Source: Elusimicrobia bacterium UBA6262
GTDB taxonomy: Bacteria > CAYTYR01 > UBA6262
Assembly: GCA_002441095.1 (NCBI GenBank)
Contig: DJVG01000034.1
Span: 61,072 to 125,071 of the forward strand
Direction of reading: 5' to 3'
Length of the DNA: 64,000 bases
Below are positions 54,002 through 62,627 of this stretch, one piece after another. Position 1 is the first letter of the stretch; each line of letters opens with the position of its first letter. The notes under the pieces were generated by a model that saw only the letters and a program-made list of their open reading frames with translations, had not been told where the DNA came from and did no database searches. The translations under genes were made by a program, and so were the position numbers.

Positions 54002-55276
54002 TTATTTACCATTAAACTCCATCGATTTCAGGAATTCTTTATTGGACTTGGTTTTACGCGTCTTCTCCGAGACCAGCTCCATTGCTTCCACAACATTGAG
54101 CGGGCTCAGCACTTTACGCAGGATCCAGACCTTGTTCAATTCATCTTCGCTGAGCAGTAATTCCTCGCGCCGCGTACCAGATTTATTAATGTCCAGGGCC
54201 GGGAACACGCGCTTGTCCACCAACCGGCGATCCAGGATCATTTCCATATTGCCGGTACCCTTAAACTCTTCAAAAATGACTTCATCCATCCGGGAGCCGG
54301 TTTCTACCAGCGCCGTGGCCATGATAGTCAGGCTGCCACCCTCTTCAATATTACGAGCGGCGCCAAAAAACCGCTTGGGCCGTTGCAAAGCATTGGAATC
54401 CACACCGCCGCTGAGTACTTTACCGCTGGGTGGTACCGTGGCATTATAGGCCCGGGCCAGCCTGGTTATACTATCTAATAATATTACCACATCCTTCTTC
54501 TGTTCGACAAGTCTTTTCGCCTTCTCAATGACCATTTCCGCTACCTGGATATGCCGTTCGCTCGGTTCGTCAAACGTAGAAGATATTACTTCTCCTTTTA
54601 CGGACCGCTGCATATCTGTCACTTCTTCCGGCCGCTCATCGATCAACAGTACGATCAGCGCTACTTCCGGATGATTGGTGCTGATAGCATTGGCTAGCTT
54701 CTGCAGCAGGATGGTCTTTCCGGCACGGGGCGGCGAGACGATCAATCCTCTTTGCCCTTTGCCGATCGGGGTAAACATATCCATGATGCGCATAGATATC
54801 TCTTCCTGCTTGGTTTCCAGTGTGAGCTTCTGCTGCGGATAGAGCGGGGTCAGGTTGTCAAATAATATTCTTTTCTTAATATCATCAGGATTAGCGCTAT
54901 TGACGGCTTCGATCTTTAAGAGAGCAAAATATCGCTCTCCTTCCTTGGGCGGGCGCACCTGGCCGCTGATAGTATCGCCTTTGCGCAGGTCAAACCTGCG
55001 GATCTGGCTGGGAGAGACATAGATATCATCCGGCCCAGACAGGTAGTTATACTGGGGAGAACGTAAAAAACCGAAGCCATCCGGCAATATCTCCAGGGTG
55101 CCTTCGTCAAAAACCAGGCCGTTTTTCTCGGTCTGCGCCTGCAGGATCTTGAAGATGATCTCCTGCTTTTTCAACCCGCTGACTGATTCCAGCTTCAATT
55201 CTTTGGCTATGTCCGTCAGATCGGATATAGTCTTCTTGCCTAAGGCAGCCATATCTAAAGCGGCGCCATTTTCCAT
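54002..55276 (-). CDS. rho: transcription termination factor Rho
   Basis: N-terminal RNA-binding domain plus Walker A PPRAGKT. Confidence 0.9.
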   Translation of the reverse strand: MENGAALDMAALGKKTISDLTDIAKELKLESVSGLKKQEIIFKILQAQTEKNGLVFDEGTLEILPDGFGFLRSPQYNYLSGPDDIYVSPSQIRRFDLRKGDTISGQVRPPKEGERYFALLKIEAVNSANPDDIKKRILFDNLTPLYPQQKLTLETKQEEISMRIMDMFTPIGKGQRGLIVSPPRAGKTILLQKLANAISTNHPEVALIVLLIDERPEEVTDMQRSVKGEVISSTFDEPSERHIQVAEMVIEKAKRLVEQKKDVVILLDSITRLARAYNATVPPSGKVLSGGVDSNALQRPKRFFGAARNIEEGGSLTIMATALVETGSRMDEVIFEEFKGTGNMEMILDRRLVDKRVFPALDINKSGTRREELLLSEDELNKVWILRKVLSPLNVVEAMELVSEKTRKTKSNKEFLKSMEFNGK

Positions 55277-55432
55277 AAATCCTTCCTCCTGGTAAAAATA
55301 AGATGTGCTAAAATCTATACTTACTGCAATAGACTGTTGGTTAACGATTTTTTAGGGGTTTTGAGAATTGCTTGCAAATGGAGAGAACTCCTGTAGGTAA
55401 AAAAAGCAGTATTGCCATTTGTATTTGTATAA

Positions 55433-55462
55433 AGTATACCTGAAAACCCTTGATTCGTCAAG
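55433..55462 (-). promoter_or_regulatory. putative rho promoter (TTGACG-17-TATACT) with a 150-nt leader
   Basis: Minus strand reads TTGACGaatcaagggttttcaggTATACT; the -35 overlaps the coaE stop. The leader contains the gcaaatgg...ccatttgc hairpin. Confidence 0.45.
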
Positions 55463-56039
55463 CAAATTTTTGAAATAAAGATTGGGAGGCGGTTTTGAAG
55501 GCAGCCAGTGGCTGGTCGCCATCAATCATATAATCGCAGGCTGATATTTTTTCACCATGAAATGACATGGAATTGATCCGGGCCATGGCCTGCTCCCGGG
55601 TGAGATTGCGCTCTTCAGTCAGCCGCTTGAGTTGGTTATACTGTGATACCCGCACCACCACGATCTTATCAAACAATTTCTCTGCCTTGGCCTCAAACAA
55701 TACAGCCATATCAGCTACCACTACTTTAGTTTTAGCAGCGGCCAGTTGTTTTTCCAGCTCTTTTACTATGGCTGGATACATTATTCTGTCCAGTTTTGCC
55801 AGTTTTTTATTATCCGCAAAAACTTTTGACCCTAATGCTGCCCGGGAGATAGTATTATTATCATTCAATATATCTTTTCCAAAAACTTTTACTACCTGCT
55901 GCCAGATCCTGGTCTTGGGCTGGTACAGATCATGGGCCAATTCATCCACATCAATGACTTTCGCTCCCATTTTCTGCCAAACCTTCGCCACTGTTGATTT
56001 TCCCGAAGCAATATTTCCCGTCAGTCCAATCTTGATCAT
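55458..56039 (-). CDS. coaE: dephospho-CoA kinase
   Basis: IGLTGNIASGKST. Confidence 0.85.
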   Translation of the reverse strand: MIKIGLTGNIASGKSTVAKVWQKMGAKVIDVDELAHDLYQPKTRIWQQVVKVFGKDILNDNNTISRAALGSKVFADNKKLAKLDRIMYPAIVKELEKQLAAAKTKVVVADMAVLFEAKAEKLFDKIVVVRVSQYNQLKRLTEERNLTREQAMARINSMSFHGEKISACDYMIDGDQPLAAFKTASQSLFQKFA

Positions 56040-56056
56040 GGCAAACCTTTCCCGGC

Positions 56057-56136
56057 GGCGTAAAGCGTATGGCGTATAGCGGATAGTAAGAAGAAATTGT
56101 TTTCTATACGCTACCCGCTAAACGCTATCCGCTATC
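56057..56136. repeat. family-B palindromic element
   Basis: gcgtaaagcgtatggcgtatagcggatag-taagaagaaattgttttc-tatacgctacccgctaaacgctatccgc. Confidence 0.75.
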
Positions 56137-56137
56137 T

Positions 56138-56959
56138 TTATTTCTGGCAGTTGGGGCAATAGTGGGTACCGCGGCCGGCGACAACTATCCTTTTGATCTC
56201 CCCTTGGCACCGCGGGCACTTATTCCCCTTTTTCCCATACACCTTCAAATGCTTCTGGAAATCCCCGCCTTTGCCTTCCGGAGTGGTAAAGTTCACTACT
56301 GTGGTCCCTTTATATTTGATCGCTTTGGCCAGGATATTCTTAATCGCATCAAAGATTAGCTTTTTTCCCGTTACTGTCAACCGATTCGCTGGCCTTGATG
56401 GCTTAACTCCGGCTCTATACAATACTTCATCTACATATATATTACCCAGCCCTGCCACAATCTGCTGGTTCAGGAGTAATACTTTTATCTTTCCTTTATT
56501 CTTCGCTAAAGACTGGCTGAATTCCTCAAAGACAAACTCATTTCCCAGTGGTTCAGGCCCCAGCTTTAATACTGGTTCAAACTTTCCCAAGTCCCTAGAG
56601 CTAATCAGCCATACTCTCCCGAATTTCCTGATATCAGAATAGGCCATGGTTTGGCCGCCAGAGAGCTGGAAGATAAGATGCATGAATTTATCTTTTTTGA
56701 TCTCCGGTCCTACCAGCCAATGACCAGTCATGCGCAGATGAGATACCATTATTTTGCTGCCGCTTAAATGAAAGAGCAGGAATTTGCCCCGCCGGGAGAG
56801 AGATTCTATTGTTTTCCCGGTAATAATTTTCTCAAATGCCTTAAAATCCGGCTGGGCAACTATTTTTTCAAAGTTGCTTTCAACTTTTAGTATAACCTTA
56901 CCTAATATTTTCTTGGAAAGGGCTCTTTTTATTGTTTCCACTTCTGGCAGTTCAGGCAT
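56138..56959 (-). CDS. mutM: formamidopyrimidine-DNA glycosylase
   Basis: MPELPEVE N-terminus and a C-terminal zinc finger CPRCQ..C. Confidence 0.85.
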   Translation of the reverse strand: MPELPEVETIKRALSKKILGKVILKVESNFEKIVAQPDFKAFEKIITGKTIESLSRRGKFLLFHLSGSKIMVSHLRMTGHWLVGPEIKKDKFMHLIFQLSGGQTMAYSDIRKFGRVWLISSRDLGKFEPVLKLGPEPLGNEFVFEEFSQSLAKNKGKIKVLLLNQQIVAGLGNIYVDEVLYRAGVKPSRPANRLTVTGKKLIFDAIKNILAKAIKYKGTTVVNFTTPEGKGGDFQKHLKVYGKKGNKCPRCQGEIKRIVVAGRGTHYCPNCQK

Positions 56960-57007
56960 ATAACCTCAAAAGAAGTTGCGGGTTTCGAGTTGCGTGTTGC
57001 GAGTTAT

Positions 57008-57397
57008 CTAAACATTAACTTTATAACTGTTCTCCTGTTCTTTTGGTATTTCTAAAGGTGTTGTTTCCTCATATCCGCGTTGGGAAAACAGGAATAATAA
57101 AGCAATCAGCATCGGCACTAGTCCGTTAAATAAATTAATGCTGGATAGCCTGCCCAAACGGTAGCAATATACGACAAATACAAATCCCTCGGCAAAAAGC
57201 CAGGCTCCTCCTGCTACTGGTTTGCGCAAAGCAATCATTACCGTAAGCGTAAGTATCAAGCCGCCAGCCAAGTCAGCCAGATAATACCAAGAACTGATAT
57301 ACTCTTCGTTCACAAACTGCCCGGTAATGACAACTAGCCATAAAATAGCTATGAACAAGCCGGCAAAACTAGCTAACCAATAGATTAGTTTACGCAC
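57008..57397 (-). CDS. hypothetical small membrane protein
   Basis: 129 aa with 3-4 TM. Confidence 0.4.
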   Translation of the reverse strand: MRKLIYWLASFAGLFIAILWLVVITGQFVNEEYISSWYYLADLAGGLILTLTVMIALRKPVAGGAWLFAEGFVFVVYCYRLGRLSSINLFNGLVPMLIALLFLFSQRGYEETTPLEIPKEQENSYKVNV

Positions 57398-57531
57398 AAT
57401 TACTCCTATATCACGATGATCGGTGTACGGTTACGACGCCCGATTAAAGATTTTGTTTCGGGTTTCGTATCCGTTTACCGTGAGCCGAGCATTTAATTCG
57501 GGTTTCGTATCCGTATATCGTATACCGAGTT

Positions 57532-60192
57532 TCATTCCAGGTCTCTCCAATTGGTGCCGACGCTGACATTGGCCTCTAAAGGTACATCCAGTTTTAAGGC
57601 TGTTTCCATTTCCTGCTTGATCATCTTGGTTAACTGCTTCTCTTCTGCTTTTGGCACTTCAAATATCAGTTCATCGTGAACCTGCAGCAGCATTTTCGCC
57701 TGGAAGGTTTCCTGCTTCAGTTTTTTAGCTATATTGATCATCGCAATCTTGATAATATCCGCGGCTGTCCCCTGGATCGGCATATTGATCGCTACCCGCT
57801 CGGCAAAAGAGCGGATGTTCCTGTCCTTGGCATTAATTTCCGGCAGGTATCTCCGGCGGTTCAGCAGGGTCGTGACAAAACCGTCATGCCGGGCTTTTTC
57901 CACTATCTTTTCCATATATTCTTTTACGCCACTGAAACGGGCAAAGTATTTATCAATATAATCCTTGGCTGTTGCTGCGTCTATACCCAAGGCCTGGGAT
58001 AGTCCATACGGGCTCATGCCATAGGAAAGGCCAAAGTTAACTGTTTTGGCTATGCGTCTTTTTTCATCATCTACTTCCTCTGGTTTCAAGCCGAATATCT
58101 CACACGCGGTATGGCTATGGATATCTTCATGGTTATGGAATGCCTGCTTCATATGTTCATCGCCAGACATATGCGCCAATACCCGCAGGTCGATCTGCGA
58201 GTAGTCGGCAGACACAAATATACATCCTTCTTTGGGAATGAACGAGCGCCTGATGGACCGCCCGATCTCGGTCCGGATCGGGATATTCTGCAGGTTCGGC
58301 TCGCTGGAGGATAATCTCCCGGTATTGGTCACGGTCTGGTTAAATGAAGTGTGCAACCGGCCGGTTTTGGGATTGATCATTTCCGGTATCGGATCAATAT
58401 AGGTTGATTTAAGCTTGGCCAGCTCCCGGTATTCAATTATTCTCTTCGGCAGATCATGCATAGCCTGCAGTTGGCGCAGGACTGATTCATTGGTTGACGC
58501 GCCGGTTTTGGTTTTTTCTATGATCGGCAGTCCCAGTTTTTCAAAAAGGATCTTGGATAATTGCTGGGGTGAGTTAATATTAAACTCAGTATCAGCTATT
58601 TTGTAGATCACCTGTTCCAAAGCAACAATTTTCCCATCGATCTCTTTGGATAATTCTTTCAGGTATGGCAGGTCCACCAGTATCCCCGCGTATTCCATCC
58701 CTGCCAGGATCTCCAGCACCGGCATTTCTACGTCATAGAATAACTTATCCAGTCCTTTTTCTTTGAGCAAGAATGATAGTTTCTGTTTTAACCGCCAGAC
58801 CATATCCACCTGGGCACAGGCATATTCGCTAACTCTTTCCACCTGCACCTGGTCCATAGTGATCTGTTTGGCCCCTTTGCCGATCAGGTCTGTGATCGGG
58901 ATCATTTTATATTGCATATATTCAGCAGAGATATCCCCCAGACTGTGGTTAAGTTTGGATGGATTGATGAGATAAGAAGCGATCATAGTATCAAAAGATA
59001 TACCATTCAGTTTCAGGCCTTCATTTTTCAGGACCAGCAGGTCATATTTCAGGTTTTGCCCGTATTTCTTTATCTGCTCATCTTCAATAATGGATTTAAG
59101 CAGGTCCAGGGTTTTCTTTTTATCTTGAGCTGGGGCACCCAGGTAGTTGTGAGCCACGGGTAGGTAATATGCTTTTTTTTCTTCAAAACATAATACCAGG
59201 CCAACTATTTCCGCCAACATGGGCTCGCTGCTATTGGTTTCCAGGTCAATAGAAACTTCATTTTTCTGCTTTATTTGGGAGGCGATCTTTTCCATCTCGG
59301 CTGATGTAGTAATAACTTCATAGCACGCGTCTTTTTCCGTGCTCTGATCGATCAATTCAGTAGTCAAGGACTTGAATTCATATTTATGGAACAAAGCCAT
59401 GGCTTTTTCCTGGTCCAAAGGGACTGGTTTCAGGTCTTCCAAGGTCATATTGAGCGGCACATTTTCTACCAAGGTCACCAACTCTTTTGATTTAAAAGCC
59501 AGTTCCTTGCCTGCCTCCATTTTATTCTTTACTTTAGCCGGCATTTTGTCCAGGTTCTGATACATATTCTCAATAGTCCCGAATTCTTTTACCAGCTGCA
59601 AAGCGGTTTTTTCCCCTATGCCTGGTACTCCAGGAATATTGTCGCTGGAGTCGCCGCATAAGCCTAAATAGTCTTTGATCTTATCAGCGTCAAACCCAAA
59701 TTTTTCCTGCACTTCCTTTTCAGTGAAAAGTACTCCCTTGGGCTCGCTCAGTACTTTGATATGTTCATCTACCAGCTGGAGTATATCTTTATCCCCGCTG
59801 ACCACAACCACATCCACATCCTGCTTTTCTGCTTGCCGGGCAATAGTAGCGATCAGGTCATCAGCTTCATAGCCAGGCATCCGGAAAACCGGTATCTTGA
59901 ATGCTTCTACCATTTCCTGGACCATGGGTATCTGCGTTTTTAGTTCAGCAGGAGTTTCCTTGCGGGTAGCTTTATACTGTTCGAAGGCTTTGTGCCGGAA
60001 AGTCGGATGCGGGGAATCAAAGCAAACTGCCAGGTAATCAGGCTGTTCACGCTTAATTATCTTGAGAAGCATGCGGGTAAAACCATAGACGGCATTGATC
60101 ACCAGGCCTTGGGAATTGGTGAGCATCGGGAGGGCATGGAACGCGCGGTGGATATAGGCATGTCCATCTATGATATAGAGTTTCTTTTTCAA
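57532..60192 (-). CDS. polA: DNA polymerase I
   Basis: 5' nuclease, 3'-5' exo-like and Pol A motifs (RRxAKxxNFGxxYG -> RRIAKTVNFGLSYG); TTG start preceded by GAGG. Confidence 0.9.
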   Translation of the reverse strand: MKKKLYIIDGHAYIHRAFHALPMLTNSQGLVINAVYGFTRMLLKIIKREQPDYLAVCFDSPHPTFRHKAFEQYKATRKETPAELKTQIPMVQEMVEAFKIPVFRMPGYEADDLIATIARQAEKQDVDVVVVSGDKDILQLVDEHIKVLSEPKGVLFTEKEVQEKFGFDADKIKDYLGLCGDSSDNIPGVPGIGEKTALQLVKEFGTIENMYQNLDKMPAKVKNKMEAGKELAFKSKELVTLVENVPLNMTLEDLKPVPLDQEKAMALFHKYEFKSLTTELIDQSTEKDACYEVITTSAEMEKIASQIKQKNEVSIDLETNSSEPMLAEIVGLVLCFEEKKAYYLPVAHNYLGAPAQDKKKTLDLLKSIIEDEQIKKYGQNLKYDLLVLKNEGLKLNGISFDTMIASYLINPSKLNHSLGDISAEYMQYKMIPITDLIGKGAKQITMDQVQVERVSEYACAQVDMVWRLKQKLSFLLKEKGLDKLFYDVEMPVLEILAGMEYAGILVDLPYLKELSKEIDGKIVALEQVIYKIADTEFNINSPQQLSKILFEKLGLPIIEKTKTGASTNESVLRQLQAMHDLPKRIIEYRELAKLKSTYIDPIPEMINPKTGRLHTSFNQTVTNTGRLSSSEPNLQNIPIRTEIGRSIRRSFIPKEGCIFVSADYSQIDLRVLAHMSGDEHMKQAFHNHEDIHSHTACEIFGLKPEEVDDEKRRIAKTVNFGLSYGMSPYGLSQALGIDAATAKDYIDKYFARFSGVKEYMEKIVEKARHDGFVTTLLNRRRYLPEINAKDRNIRSFAERVAINMPIQGTAADIIKIAMINIAKKLKQETFQAKMLLQVHDELIFEVPKAEEKQLTKMIKQEMETALKLDVPLEANVSVGTNWRDLE

Positions 60193-60618
60193 GGTAAAAA
60201 CCTCATTGTCTGGCTCTGCGTATCAGTGAACTGTCACTATTTGTTTCCGCCAAAGAGACTGGCGGACTCCCTCTGGTCGCGCTTGCCAAAGGTCTTTAAA
60301 CTCAATAATTGCTTCAGCCGCAGGCTGATCCGCCGATCTTTTTGGAGGATTTGGGCTGAAACACGACAAGCTCGCTCAAAATAATGACCAGTTCCCTGAT
60401 CTATACAGTGTATAAGAGGCGAGCGCGGCCGCTGATGTCGTGTAGAAAACCCTGCCTGCCGGCAGGCAGGGTTCGAGAGTCTTGAGTTGGCATGGACTCT
60501 TCATCCCCGTACTTTGGGGAACTCAAGCGAGAATTGAGTGCGTTTTCCTCGCAGGGGAAAACGACACGCTTTTCGGAACGACGCAGCGTGACAGCGAGCC
60601 CTATTATATCTTAATAAA
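60193..60618 (-). ncRNA. 426-nt polA leader / suhB trailer with blocks conserved with the trpE leader, plus several perfect hairpins; function unknown
   Basis: Blocks at 60220-60245, 60286-60296 and 60364-60405 match the trpE leader. Hairpins: ccgccaaagagactggcgg, ccctgcctgccggcaggcaggg, cgttttcctcgcaggggaaaacg. Confidence 0.4.
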
Positions 60619-61431
60619 TTAGTATTTATCAAAAACGACCCGGCAGTGGAAGTCTTTCAGCCGACGGACCAGTATTTTGCTCATCTGCGCATGGAGTAAC
60701 CCATTTGTGGCCAGGATCTCCTGGTCATAATGGGAATATTTACTGCCATTAAATTTGGACAGCTTCCCGCCGGCTTCTTTCACTACCAGGATAGCTGCCG
60801 CCGTATCCCAGGGCTTGAGACCGATTTCCCAGAATCCGTCAAAACGCCCGCAGGCCACATAGCACAGATCCAGCGCTGCAGACCCCATCCGGCGTATCGC
60901 CTGGGACGTCATCAAGAAATCAACAAAATGTTCGACATTGGAATCCCGGGCATCTTTAATTTCATAGGCAAACCCGGTACAGAGCAGGGATTTTTTCATG
61001 TCTTTGGTCTTGGAAACTTTTATTTTCTTTTTGTTTAGATAAGCGCCGCCGCCCTTGGTAGCATAAAAAAGTTCATTATGCATGGGGTCATAAACAACTC
61101 CGACTGCCGGCTGGCAGTTGATCTCCAGTGCGATCGAAACGCTGAAATACGGAAAGCCATGGGCAAAATTAGTTGTACCGTCTATCGGGTCAACGATCCA
61201 CCGGTAACCTTTTTTTTCCCTCTCGCCACCGCTTTCCTCACCTAAGAAGAGATGTTTGGGGAACTTTCTGAGGAGATGCTCTTTGATCAACCGTTCAGAT
61301 GCCTTGTCCACATCAGTGACCAGGTCAATCGCGCCTTTATAATTAATCGTTTTTATTTTCCCGACGCGCCGGCGGATCAATTCTCCGCTTTTCTTCGCCG
61401 CCGCAATCGCTTCTCCAAGAAATTTGTTCAA
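60619..61431 (-). CDS. suhB: inositol monophosphatase family protein
   Basis: WIVDPIDGTTNF metal-binding motif. Confidence 0.8.
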   Translation of the reverse strand: MNKFLGEAIAAAKKSGELIRRRVGKIKTINYKGAIDLVTDVDKASERLIKEHLLRKFPKHLFLGEESGGEREKKGYRWIVDPIDGTTNFAHGFPYFSVSIALEINCQPAVGVVYDPMHNELFYATKGGGAYLNKKKIKVSKTKDMKKSLLCTGFAYEIKDARDSNVEHFVDFLMTSQAIRRMGSAALDLCYVACGRFDGFWEIGLKPWDTAAAILVVKEAGGKLSKFNGSKYSHYDQEILATNGLLHAQMSKILVRRLKDFHCRVVFDKY

Positions 61432-61572
61432 ATTATGTCTCCTAAAAACAGTTTCGGGTTACGAGTTCCAGGTTGCGAGTTAAGGCTATACAACTATTGC
61501 TATTATAAAAATTATCAAAACTCGAAACGGGAAACCCGCAGACTGCCGAAGGCAGACAACTCGCAACTGTAT
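61432..61572. repeat. family-A palindromic element (long copy)
   Basis: cagtttcgggttacgagttccaggttgcgagtt ... aactcgaaacgggaaacccgcagactgccgaaggcagacaactcgcaactg. Confidence 0.7.
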
Positions 61573-62106
61573 TTACAAATTCATCCAGTTCCAGACATGG
61601 CTCTCTTCTTCCGTGAACCAGTCACTGGTCTGGGTCAGGTACAAATGGATATTGGCTAAAGCCTCATAATGGGCGTTTTCCTGCTTGAGCAATTCCTTAT
61701 AGAACAATTTTTCATTATTGTCAGTCGCTTTGGCCAGAAATTTTTCATACATGACATAGCCCTTTTTTTCTACCTGCATGGCCAGTTCCAACCCCTTGAT
61801 ATTATCAGACAATTGCACTGCCGGATCTTTTTTGACGGAATGGAAATATTCTTTAATGATATATTCCAGTTTTTCGCCTTCTTCCACAGTCCAGCGGGGC
61901 CATTTGTTTTCGCGTTTTAGTTTTTCATAGATATCCTCAAACATAATGATATGCTGGATCTCCTGCTGGGCCAACTGGTAAAAAAGCCGGCGGGCCAGGG
62001 GGTTTTTTGTTTTGGCGGCCAGCTGCAGGTATAAGCCCACGCCTCTCCGCTCAAAATCAATACTGATCTTCAATGCGCTTGGTATCTTAGCCATACTTTC
62101 CTCCAT
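61573..62106 (-). CDS. ferritin-like diiron protein (rubrerythrin family)
   Basis: Two ExxH motifs (QQEIQH, KQENAH) in a 177-aa helical protein. Confidence 0.55.
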   Translation of the reverse strand: MEESMAKIPSALKISIDFERRGVGLYLQLAAKTKNPLARRLFYQLAQQEIQHIIMFEDIYEKLKRENKWPRWTVEEGEKLEYIIKEYFHSVKKDPAVQLSDNIKGLELAMQVEKKGYVMYEKFLAKATDNNEKLFYKELLKQENAHYEALANIHLYLTQTSDWFTEEESHVWNWMNL

Positions 62107-62110
62107 CTCC

Positions 62111-62305
62111 CTATTGCTTTAATAGTTTAAGCATTTCCTGGGCGATCTGGATATGCTTGATCTCATCCTGCTTGATCTGCCCTAAACGGGCAATAATAAA
62201 TTCATCATGTATTTGGCTGATTATCTGGGTATACAGTTTTAGCGCAATTTTTTCCCGCTCTAGTATATCTTCAAACTTTTTAATGATATTTTCGCTAATA
62301 GTCAT
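62111..62305 (-). CDS. small ferritin-like half-domain protein
   Basis: 64 aa. ILEREKIALKLYTQII...KQDEIKHIQIAQEML parallels the first helix pair of the downstream gene, with a single ExxH. Confidence 0.35.
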   Translation of the reverse strand: MTISENIIKKFEDILEREKIALKLYTQIISQIHDEFIIARLGQIKQDEIKHIQIAQEMLKLLKQ

Positions 62306-62627
62306 TTTTTTGTCCCTGCCTGATCTGTTCCATGAGCTCCTGGACCATAGCTTTATGCTTGAGGCTATCCTGTTCCAAGACCTTCAAGGAGGCATCGATC
62401 TTTTTCAGGGAAGCCGGCTCCAAAGGGAGATTATCCACTACGTTTTGGAAAAAATAGCTCATCAGGGAGACAAATTCTTCCTCAATGGTATTACCGCTCT
62501 GCAGTTGTTTCAGGAGTTCATTCTTGTTCAAGCCAGGTACCTGCTCTTTCTGTTCAGGTTGGTTATCTAGGCAAGACCACTTTTGGCGGGTGTCCAAATT
62601 CTTGTTCAAATATTTTAGGGAATTCAT
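62295..62627 (-). CDS. hypothetical protein
   Basis: 110-aa ORF. It overlaps the thyX 3' end by 65 nt and the next ORF by 11 nt; the real start may be an internal Met. Confidence 0.3.
   Translation of the reverse strand: MNSLKYLNKNLDTRQKWSCLDNQPEQKEQVPGLNKNELLKQLQSGNTIEEEFVSLMSYFFQNVVDNLPLEPASLKKIDASLKVLEQDSLKHKAMVQELMEQIRQGQKNDY

Noticed and set aside
60193-60618. RNase P RNA, tmRNA, SRP RNA or a tRNA in the 426-nt ORF-free region
   Set aside because: The signature motifs are absent: GGAAAGTCCGGGCT / ACAGAACCCGGCTTA for RNase P, GGGGxxG...CCACCA with GGTTCGAATCC for tmRNA, and the SRP domain-IV motif. The only T-loop-like string, gggttcgagagtc, is part of the family-G palindrome.
22881-61572. 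CRISPR array interpretation of the intergenic repeats
   Set aside because: The repeats are 7-14 nt units in irregular tandem and inverted arrangements, without uniform 28-37-nt repeats alternating with unique spacers. No cas genes are present.
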